Assembly: GCF_009914755.1 (NCBI RefSeq)
Contig: NC_060931.1
Strand: one strand, 5' to 3'
Origin: the human T2T-CHM13v2.0 reference genome, Homo sapiens
Length of the DNA: 64,000 nt
The translations under genes were made by a program, and so were the position numbers. The notes beneath the pieces are model-generated. The model ran no database searches. It saw only the letters and a program-made list of their open reading frames with translations, and was not told where the DNA came from. This document shows, in pieces, positions 48,923-64,000 of this stretch. Position 1 is the first letter of the stretch. The number at the start of each line of letters is the position of its first letter.

Positions 48923-49394
48923 TAATTTTGAACATGCATTCCCATGGGAAATAATCTGATCACAAAATATGTTAGAAACAACATAAGAATCATAAAGTTG
49001 TTTCTTCCAATACACAGTTTATGTATAATTAGTTCTTCCATGGCCCCCGCTGCCCCTGGCCTTCCCAGATATTTACTTATCACCCACTCAATGCCAGATG
49101 CTGCCGCAGAGATCCAAGTTGAGTAAGTCTCTGCTCTCAGGGAGAGAGAGACAGTCATGTCCGGGGGTGGTACAGTGGCTGCGAGTGCTGTGGGCAGAGT
49201 TGGAGGAACCAAAGGGCGGGGACCAAATCTGTGCAGAGGGGACAGCAAATATTTGAGAGTGAAGGGGCCACTTGAGCAGGATGTGGAAGACGAGTAGGTG
49301 GCCCTCAGGGAGGCAGGGGTGGGGAGGGGAGTAAGCATTCTAGACTTTGGTGGGCTAAAGGCCCAGATGTGGAGAGAGGCATGGCTCAGCCTAG

Positions 49395-50048
<654 letters not shown>

Positions 50049-50544
50049 TAAATACCACTGATGTGGGCCCTGCGCTAAACCCGAACGAGGGGTGGGGAGA
50101 TGCGGAGACGGGAGTTCAAGGGCCTGTGGTCTCTCTGCAGGCTGCAGTTACACGGGTCAGGTGGACAGCAGCACGTCTGCACAGGTGTGTCCCGTGTGAG
50201 GCTGCATTTGGCTGGAAGTTGTCACCGAGTCCCTGGCTTGGGGATGATTTTGCAGACCCAGGGATGGCGCTGTCATACCAGCTCTTTGCAGAACTACCTG
50301 CCTGGAGAAGGCATAGGGGTAAGGCTTTCCCTGATCCTTCAAGCCCTCTGGACAGTGGAGACCAGCCCCAGAGGATTGTAGAACATGACGAGGCCTTTGA
50401 CTCTGCCTGCCTAGCCTCCCAGTCACTGGGCTTCTGGACAAGAGGCAGCACTGCTCTGAGCTTCCTACCAGTGATGATGAGGGTGATGATGAAAGCTATG
50501 TCAGCGGGATGGTCTCTAAAGCCTCTCCCAGCTCTAATCCTGCC

Positions 50545-50960
50545 AGGAGGAGGAGGAAGAAGAAGAGGAGCAGGAGGTGGAGGAGAAGGAGAAGGAAGAG
50601 AAAGAGGAGAGAAGGAAGAGGAGAAGGAGGAGGAGGAAAAGGAAGACTAGAAGAAGGAAGAGGAGGGGGAGCAGGAGGACAAAGAGGAGAAGGAGGAGGA
50701 AGAGGAAGAGTAGGAGGAAGAAGAGAAAGAGGAGGAGGAAGAGGAGGAAGAGGAAGAGTAGGAGGAAGAAGAGGAAAAGGAGGAGGCAGAAGAGGGAGAG
50801 GAGGAGGTGGAGGAGGAAGAGGAGGAAGAAGATGATGGAGGCTGAGGAGGAGGAGGAGGAAGAGTAGGAGGAGGTAGAGGAAGAGGAGGAGAAGGAAGAG
50901 AAGGAGGAGGAAGAGGAGGAAGAGGAGGAGGGAGAAGAAGAGGAGGAGGAGGAGGAAGAC
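50545..50960 (+). repeat. ~415-bp purine-rich (GAG/GAA) low-complexity tract
   Basis: almost exclusively A and G on the + strand. Confidence 0.95.
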
Positions 50961-51689
50961 CCTGGAGAGGGATGGACCCTGCAGCAATTTCCCAACTGGG
51001 CCCCAACCCAGGACACCACCTCTTGTCTCCAGCGGAAAGCTGCAGGATCTGGTGGTGTCGAAGCCACGTTTCCTCTCTGCCTGCTGGGGGTTACGTGAAC
51101 TGCCAAAAATTCCTACCTTGAAAGGTAGGAAGAAATGTCAGACTTGGAAAGAAATGATCCAACATAAAAGGCAGACTTCATTACCAGCCGGGTTTATTTC
51201 ATTCTCCCCTGGATTCGGAGTGGCTTCAAATTCTCCCGGGCCTGACCTTTGCAGGGGAACTGAGGAATTTCTCAGAGATGCCAAGACAGCAGTGTGTGGC
51301 GGGGGTGCCACCGGCTGCCGGACAATTAGTCCCAGAGCCTGGTCCTTTGGAAAAGGTGTTCTGCTGGTGGAGACTCGCTGGGCTGTGATGTGATCGTGTC
51401 GGATGCCAAATTCCACAGTCAGTCCCTTTCAGCAGTCACATTCCTTAGATTCTTATCAGGGATTTTTCCCCCCAAGTGAACACTGGGAACCAGCCTCCCC
51501 GCTGATTGCAGGAGGATGGGAGGAAATTAAAAGCAGGAATCCTGGCGGTTGTCCTGGTTCGTCACCAGCTTGCCGTGCCAGCTTGAGCCCTTCCCTTCCC
51601 CTTTCCCCTTCTCTGGGCCTCGGTTTTCTCACCTGTAAAAAGGGGGTTGGGGCGGGATGATCTTTCCAAGGCCTCTGGCTGTGAAAATT

Positions 51690-52305
<616 letters not shown>

Positions 52306-52499
52306 CAAAGTCTTAATAATTCTCCATTCAAGTCCATAGAGAGATGGTTTCAGGGGACAATAGACCTAAACAAAATTCTGTCTTCACAGAGTGGGAGATG
52401 CTTGTGGGACAGTTGCTGCAGTGGGAGATTAGGAGTGGGGGCCTTCTTGTGTGTCCCCTCCTTCATGGGGGAGCATTCCTCCCCCTGAAATGGTGCAGC

Positions 52500-53505
<1,006 letters not shown>

Positions 53506-53768
53506 ACAACCTGCTGTCAAAACATACTATCAAGGCGTGAGAATGTGAGACCGGGAGACACTTGGTGTCCTGGTTGCACCATTTACCCTCCCCCCCCAAA
53601 TGGCTTTGGGCAAATCTCAATGCCACAACCTCAGTTTTCCATCTACAAAGTAGCAGTTCACCTTCCCAGGGGAGCCAGAAGTCCCAAAGACAATAGCACC
53701 GATATGAATGTAAATTTGTGGACTGCAAACTTCTAAGCATAGCAGATGTTACCATTAAACTATAAATA

Positions 53769-54660
<892 letters not shown>

Positions 54661-54664
54661 CCCC

Positions 54665-54822
54665 AAATGCTGATCCTCCCTGAATGCTGGTCCTCCCTAA
54701 ATCCTGTTTGTCCCTGAATGCTGATGCTTCCTAAAATGATCCTCCTTAAATGTGCTCCTCCCTGAATGCTGATCTTTTCTCACGTGGTCCTCCCTCACAT
54801 GATCCTCCCTAAGTGCCGACCC
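54665..54822. repeat. Degenerate minisatellite, about 10 units of 15-18 bp (consensus AATGCTGATCCTCCCT)
   Basis: seen directly. Confidence 0.75.
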
Positions 54823-55822
54823 TATAGAAAGCGCTTGGCACCATCTCTCCCCCTAGCCTGTTCCCTCTGGCCCTCCTATTAATGGCGGTAGTTGGGGATC
54901 ACTGCTGAAGTGCTCAAAACCACACAGCCTGCTTGGCCAAATCACATACTTCTCAGCTGCCCCCTCCACATGGAAAACTCAATCCATCAGTGGCCCCGCC
55001 AGCCCTTCCCGCCAGTGCGCAGGCAAGGAGCCGATGCTGCCTGTGGGGCTGGCTCTCAGGTGGGGTGGGCCCCAAAATTCCCCACCGTGGAAGCTGCTGG
55101 AGAATAAATGCAGATAACGAGGAGGGAGGAAGCTGAGAGGCTGGTGGCACGGCCGTGCTCCGTGGAGTAGGTCGTGCACTCCCGGAGCCCCTCTCCCTCC
55201 TCCCCGGATGGAAATCCACACAACTCCTTTGCCCTTCAGACCTCCGTGCTGCGCCCTGGAAACCATGACATCGCCTTTGTGTTTTTGCAAAAAGATTTGG
55301 TCAGTCGCCATGGAGATTTCAGATCATCTTTTCCCTCCAAAAATCAATGACCTTAACTTTTCAATTCCTTCCCTGCGGTGCTTCGAAATGGACAGTTCCA
55401 GTAAAAACTATTATGAGGAAACGCAGGCAGGTCTATCTGCTATCCAAACACTCCTACTGTTTTTTGTGCCCGAAAAACTGATCAGGCCATGGTGTTACAT
55501 ACACTCGGCTATTCCTATGTGAACAAAACCACCACTCCCTGCGGTGTTGAGGCGGATGAATGATGGACAGGAACAGCAGCCTCAGAGACACTCATTTTGC
55601 TGGAAGGGATGACCCGATTTGTGCCAATTTGCTCGATGGCAGACAGATGATGGAGAAGTGCTCTCAGGGGGCTGTTGGGGGGCTATGGCCATGAGCACCT
55701 TCATGGACTGTCCATTTACCCCCACTGGGCTCAGCTTCCAGCTTCTGCCTCTCCATCCTGCCCCAGCAGGTACTCCTGGAACCCCACTCTGAGTTCCCTT
55801 CTTTAAAAACTTTCCATGTGTT

Positions 55823-56240
<418 letters not shown>

Positions 56241-56767
56241 TCAAGGATGGGGTATCTACTCCACCCACTGTGGGCAGCCCATTGCACTTGTGGGCAGCTC
56301 TTCCTGGCAGCGGGTACCTCCTTATCCTGAGTGATGCCTGTCTCCCAGCAGCTTAATGCTCTGACCTGACTCCATGCCCTCTGGGGCCATGAGAGCAAGT
56401 CTGGTCCAACTCCCCTACAGGATGTTGGGGCAGAAAGCTGGCTGCCTTCACCATGGCCCTCCGCTTGTCTCCGCTCGATATTCCTGAGGAACCTGTCCTC
56501 AACAGCCCTCACCTGTTCTTCTAGAGAGGGCAGGTCTGAGCCTGAGGAGCCATGGGACCTCCTTTTCACCTGGCCAAATCCCGGGTGATGACTTTTCTTC
56601 CCATGGAAGCTCACGGCTCTAACTCTGACATCAGCCTCCCCTCCCTCCCAGCTCAATCACCTTCTGCTTGTAGGACAGTGGCCATAGATATCTCCTCCCG
56701 GGGCTCTGGGTGGCAGTTTCTCTGCATTTCTATTGAACCTCATGGCAGACACAGGGAGAGTCCTCAG

Positions 56768-57301
56768 TGAGGTAGGAGATGGGATTTGACTCTGGAGGTG
56801 GGGTGCAGACACTGGACCAAATTGAGGACTAGCTAAAACAGGGAAGAGGTGAAAGCACCTCTCCATAAAACATACCCCCTAGCACCATAACGATTTACCA
56901 TTGCCATGGCAACACCCAGAAGTTACAGCCCCTTTCCATGGCAATGACCTGATAACCCAGCAGTTAGCACCCCTTCAAAGTTATCACCCGGAAGTTACCA
57001 CTTAATCATATGCAAATTAAGGGGCGGGTTATACAGAAATTATGAATAACCTGCCTGTTAATTTGCATACCATTAAGATGGGTATAAATAGGAGTGAAGC
57101 TCTACCTCTGAGCTGCTACTCTGGGCACACTGCCTGTGGGGTAGCCCTACTCTGTAAAGAGCAGAACGTCTGCTGCTGCTGTGCACTGCTGCTTTGATAA
57201 ATTTGCTAATACCACTGGCTTGCCCTTGAATTCTTTCCTAGGCTAAGCCAAGAACCCTCCCTGGTTAAGCCCCAACACTGGGGTTCACCTATACTGCATC
57301 A
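56768..57301 (+). mobile_element. ERV1 MER4-group solo LTR (MER66-like)
   Basis: TGAGGTAGGAG...GGACCAAATTGAGGACTAGCTAAAAC...TATAAATA...TGCATCA; TG...CA ends. Confidence 0.8.
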
Positions 57302-57304
57302 GTG

Positions 57305-57695
57305 GAAGAAGATTCTGAGCCAGAGTCTAACATGGAGGGTGTTTATTAGGGATGGCTTTTAGGATAAATCCCTGGGGAAGGGAGGGGACTGAGGCAGGAA
57401 TGAGCAGAAGGAGACGAGCCTCCATATAGGCCAGGACAGCTGCCCCAGACCCCATGAGGCTCTGCAGCTGGGATGCTCTTTCAGCGTTGTCCCCAGGCAG
57501 GGATATGTCCAGGCTTTTCAAGTGCGCCTCCACCAGTCACAGGATGGAGGGTGCCCCAGGAAGAGCTGGGACCTTGGATGAGGTGACTCTGAGCAGCTGA
57601 ATGATGGATGTCTGTTGACAGCACTTCCTGTAGCTGGGGCTAAAAGCCTTTCTCAATGCAGGGGATCTGGGTGGCACAGCCCAACATCTACCACA
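57305..57695 (-). mobile_element. ERVL LTR (LTR33-like)
   Basis: GTTTATTAGGG...GCTGGGATGCTCTTTCAGCGTTGTCCC...GGGGATCTGGGTGGCAC...CTACCACA. Confidence 0.65.
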
Positions 57696-57739
57696 AGGGC
57701 TGGTGGGCATGGAGGGGAACAAGGTGTGTTCCTGATGCT

Positions 57740-57960
57740 ATTTTGCTAGTAAGACAGCCTGGGATGGCCTTTGATTTGTAGAGGCCACAACTCCGTTGAC
57801 TCATGCTGAACTTATTGTTGGCAAGAACCTCTACATCCCATCTGAGGCTTGTCCTCTGGGCTCTGGGGCTGCAGTGCAGGACTTCATATTTGCCTGGTTG
57901 TATTTCATGTTGTTAGACTTGGCTCCTTGCTGCGGCTGTGCAGATCTAGCTTGGATCCCA
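57740..57960 (-). mobile_element. L3/CR1 fragment
   Basis: GTTGACTCATGCTGAAC...GTGCAGGACTTCATATTT...TTTCATGTTGTTAG. Confidence 0.5.
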
Positions 57961-58731
57961 ACTCTCTCCTAAGACCCAGGCCCCTGTCTCTGCTGGCTCC
58001 TGGTCTTCCACAGTTCCCAGCAGCAGTTTACTGCCTCCCCAGTCAAGGTCTTCCTCTCCTAGAGGCATGGCCTCAAGAAGACAGACAGCCACGTGCCAAG
58101 ACCCAGATCGTCTGGCTGTTTAGCAAAGTGTCTAAGAGTTGCCCGTTGACTTGTTGTTGCCTTGGACATGTTATTTACTCCTTCCTGTGCCTCAGTTTCC
58201 TTCTCTGTAAAAGTAGAATAATAACAGTACTTACCACCCAGATTTGGGTGAAGATGATCAGGACACCTTGCTTAGGTAGCAGAATGAGGAGGGGAAGAGA
58301 AACCACTCCATGCGCTTGGCTGGGGTCTGAACCACACTCAACTCTCATCTCACTGGTTTCAAACAGGAGTAGGGATAGTTCCTCCTCCTTGCTATTTTTC
58401 CTGGTCCTTGAGGGATATGGGTAAGAAGGACCTATGAGGGGATATTTTATTTGCTCTCTGATTATCCACCTGTTCTCATTAGCAAAGTGGATGGAGCATG
58501 GGGTTGGGAATGAGAAGACTGAGTTTCAAGGCATAAATTTACTACATACTCATTCTGTGACTTGTGGTCTTCTCTGGAGTTTCTTATCTGTAAAATTCCT
58601 GCATGTCACATTGTTGAGAAGACCGAACAGAAGAATGTACATGTATTCATTTGCCAGGGCTGCCATGCCACCGACTGGGTGGCTTAAACAAAAGAAGTTT
58701 ATCTTCTCATAGTTCTGGAAGCTGGAAGTAG

Positions 58732-59740
<1,009 letters not shown>

Positions 59741-59747
59741 GATTGAG

Positions 59748-60066
59748 TTCTCCCGGGTTCAAGAGATTCTCCTGCCTCAGCCTCCTGAGTAGCTGGGACT
59801 ACAGGTGTGCACCACCACGCCCGGCTAATTTTGGTGTGTGTGTGTGTGTGTGTGTGTTTTGAGACGGAGTCTTGCTCTGTAGCCCAGGCTGGAGTGGAAT
59901 GTCACGATCTCAGTTCATTACAACCTCTGCCTCCTAGGTTCAAGTGATTCTTCTACCTCACCCTTCCAGAGTGCTAGGATTTCAGGCATGAGGCACCACA
60001 CCCAGCTAATTTTTTTTTCTAATTTTTTTTTGTAGAGCTGGGGTCTTGCTACGTTGCCCAGGCTGG
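59748..60066 (-). mobile_element. Antisense Alu fragments with (TG)n (59833-59857)
   Basis: seen directly. Confidence 0.8.
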
Positions 60067-61244
60067 GCAAACCTTAGTTCTAACAGAGCTTCTTGAACAC
60101 AGTTGGCAGGCAACCTCACTGGCACTGGCCTTTCTGAGGGATTGGGCAGGTGTGGCCAGGTAATTAGAACAGTGAGGGCAGGTGTGGTGCTGGGGAGCTG
60201 GGTCTGAAGCTGGACACCCCCAACCTTGAGATGGCTCAGATCCTGCTGGGGCTCAGGTCCTGGCACAGACCACAGCCCAGAGCAGCTGCTGTGGTTGAGC
60301 TGAGTGACTGTGGATGGGAGGGCTCCTTCTGGGATGCAGGGGTTGGGGTCGGAGCAACAGAACTTTACCAGGCCTGCCCTGTGTCCGCCGTCTTCAGGAG
60401 CTGGGAGTCTTCCCATAGGACGAAGGCTAAGACAGAGGCATACAAGGGGGCCCTGTGGGACAGGAGAACCTTTCCTGGCTGGAGGGTCAGGGAAGGCTCG
60501 CGGGAGGGACACGGCCACGTCTGTGCTTGAGAGGGCGCCCTCTGGTGGTAGATAGAGGAGACTGCAGGCTGGGAGGGCAGGAGGGGCCGAGGTTCAGGAC
60601 CACCATGGGAGGGGCGTCAGGACACGGACTTGCAGGCACGGTGCCTAATTGGCCGTAAGGAGGCAGGGAAGGGAGGGAGGAAAGGAGAAGGTGGAGTCTG
60701 GGTGATTTGCTCCTGGTAAGGAAACGGGGAACTTAGAGGTGCTGGCCTCCAAGCTGGAGGAGCAAGTCGGGGTTGAATAGTGATGGATTCAGTTGGATTG
60801 GACAGGTTGGCATTGTGTGTACTGCAGTGTCCTGTGGGACATGACGGTGTGTGACCACTGTCTAGGCAAGCAGGCAGGCACAGTGGTGACTCAACAGGGG
60901 GCCAGGACAGAGCTCAGGATGAGGAAGTGGGGACAGACTGTGTAGTTCTGGTGGAAAGGAGGGGGGCCCTGGCAAGGCCTTGGGGCCTTGCAGAATTGCT
61001 TGAGCCCAGGAGGTCAAGGCTGCAGTGAGCTATGATTGTGCCACTGCACTCCAACCTGGGCAACAGAACAAGACTCCATTCCAAAACAAAACAAAAGAAA
61101 AAACAAAAGCCCTGGTCTCTGACTCAGGCTCGGGACTCAAGTGTCCTGGGGAGGGAGGGGACGCATGAGATCAACCCTCAAAGCAAAGCTCAGTTAGGAG
61201 CACTGGGGCTTGGAAGGCCAAGCCTGAGGCTGGGGTAGAGGTGG

Positions 61245-62037
61245 TGAGGTAGGAGGTGGAACTTGACTCCAGGGGCAGAGCTTGGACACCAGACCAAATT
61301 GAGGACTAGCTAAACAAAACAGATCGGGGCAGAAGTGCCTCCCCATAAGACATGCCCACCAGTGCGCCATGTCAGTTTCCCATTGCCATGACAACACCAG
61401 GAGTTACCACCCCTTTCCATGACAACGACCCAACAACCCTAAAGCTACCACCCTCATCCTGGAAGTTTACGCATAAACCACCCCCAATTTGCATACAATT
61501 AAAAGTGGGGCCGGCACAGTGGCTCATGCCTGTAATCCCAGCACTTTGGGAGGCCCAGGCGGGCAGATCATTTGAGGTCAGGAGTTTGACACCAGCCTGA
61601 TTAATATGGTGAAACCCCCTCTCTACTAAAAGTATAAAAATTAGCCAGGCGTGGTGGTGTGCACCTGTAATCCCAGCTACTAGGGAGGCTGAGACAGGAG
61701 AACCCCTTGAACCTGGGAGGCGGAGGTTGTAATGAGCCAAGATTGCATCGCTGCCCTTCAGCCTGGGCCACAGAGCGAGACTCCGTCTCAAAAAAAAAAA
61801 AAAAAAAAAAAAGTGGGTATAGATATGAGTGCAGCCCTGCCTCTGAGCTGCTACTCTGGGCACACTGCCTCTGGGGTAGCCCTGCTCTGCAGGGAGCAGG
61901 ACCTCTGCTGCTGCTGTGCACTGCCACTTCAATAAAAGTTGCAACACCACTGGCTTGTCCTTGAATTCTTTCCTGGGGGAAACTAAGAACCCTCCCTGGC
62001 TAAGCCTCAATTTTGGGGCTCCCCTGTCCCGTGTCAC
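61245..62037 (+). mobile_element. ERV1 MER4-group LTR (MER66-like) with AluS inserted (61509-61812)
   Basis: same family as 56768; Alu TSD AAAAGTGGG; AATAAA at 61931. Confidence 0.8.
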
Positions 62038-62342
62038 CAGGGCAATGGGGGGAAGAGGCTGCTTCAGCAGCATCTCTTAGGGCAGCAGGCAGCCTCGGAG
62101 AGGGGTTGACTGGTCACATTCCGAGATGGGCATGAACCTGGGAAGTGTCCTGAAGATCTCTCTATCGCATCATGACATGATTTCCTGAAATCACTTAGCA
62201 CTTGTTTTCTCTATTAACCGCCAATTAAGGATTTGATGGCTCAGCCAAGTCACAGAGCCAAACGCCTGGTGGGGTGAAAGTACTGTGCAAGCAAGCCTTG
62301 AGCTGGTGGTGGCTCGGGACGGTTTGATTGCTCCTCCCCCTA

Positions 62343-63014
<672 letters not shown>

Positions 63015-63506
63015 CTAAGCACCTTTCTGGGTGCAGTTATTTTATGGCCCCCAGAGCACTGTTCACCCACTGCTGTGCACCCGCCATAGTCAGGAGCTGA
63101 GGTGCGCAGGTGGGCGGTGGCAGGACGACACCACCAGACAGCAGACAGAGGCAGACAAAACACGCAGGACGCAGGGATCCTAGGGGCAAGGCAATGGGGG
63201 TCCCCACAACCGCGGCTACCTGGGGATGCACAGGCTTTAGAGCTCCATCTGGAAAGGCCTGGAGCCCTTTCCTTGTCTCTGCCTCCCTTCTTCGTTGTTT
63301 TTGGCCAAGTTTTGATTTTTGGAAGCCATTTCCAGCCCATTTAAAGACCAAATGTTCTGGGGACGGTGATTTGAGGTATTTGGAAATGTTTTCCAATTTA
63401 CAGCTCATTTCTCTATGGAAAGCCCTGACTCAGTGTGGTTCAGAGATGCTGGACGACGGCCTGTCTGTTCTAGAACCCTCGGGCGGATCTCAGGATCCCA
63501 CATTAA

Positions 63507-63904
<398 letters not shown>

Positions 63905-64000
63905 TGAGTGCTTGAGCTGGAGCTGAGGCTTTCCAGTAGAATCAAAGGAAGGGCCTAGGCTGCTGAAGTCTCCCACAGTTTCAGGACCTTTTTAATTGGC

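Noticed and set aside
50063-51106. Poly-Arg/Lys, poly-Glu, poly-Ser and poly-Leu ORFs
   Set aside because: All frames of the GA-rich low-complexity tract; no splice or codon evidence

Overview
Human genomic DNA; the species call rests on a human-specific AluYb-type insertion at 8592-8867. The window holds about 12 kb of upstream sequence, the CpG-island promoter, coding exon 1 and more than 51 kb of intron 1 of COL26A1 (EMID2, collagen XXVI alpha 1, 7q22.1). Exon 1 CDS is 12204-12361 on the + strand and ends at a GT donor at 12362. I did not find exon 2 (EMI domain) in the window. The rest is very Alu-dense, often nested, with many LTRs (LTR12, MER41A, three MER66-like, two MLT2A, MaLRs), old L1, L2 and MIR pieces, a MER1A DNA transposon and an antisense RPL6 processed-pseudogene fragment. 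Almost all ORFs in the track are Alu, low-complexity or GC-rich artefacts. I see no evidence of a new gene system. The best oddities are small: a 147-bp templated copy of sequence from 4 kb away inserted inside an Alu; an LTR12 facing the gene that appears to have lost its poly(A) signal; a young 5'-truncated AluYb nested in an older Alu without a TSD; a 3'-truncated RPL6 retrocopy; an inverted duplication giving two octamer motifs in one LTR; and a triplicated G-rich E-box unit just after exon 1. Repeat subfamily names come from recalled consensus sequences, and repeat boundaries are approximate unless a TSD is given.
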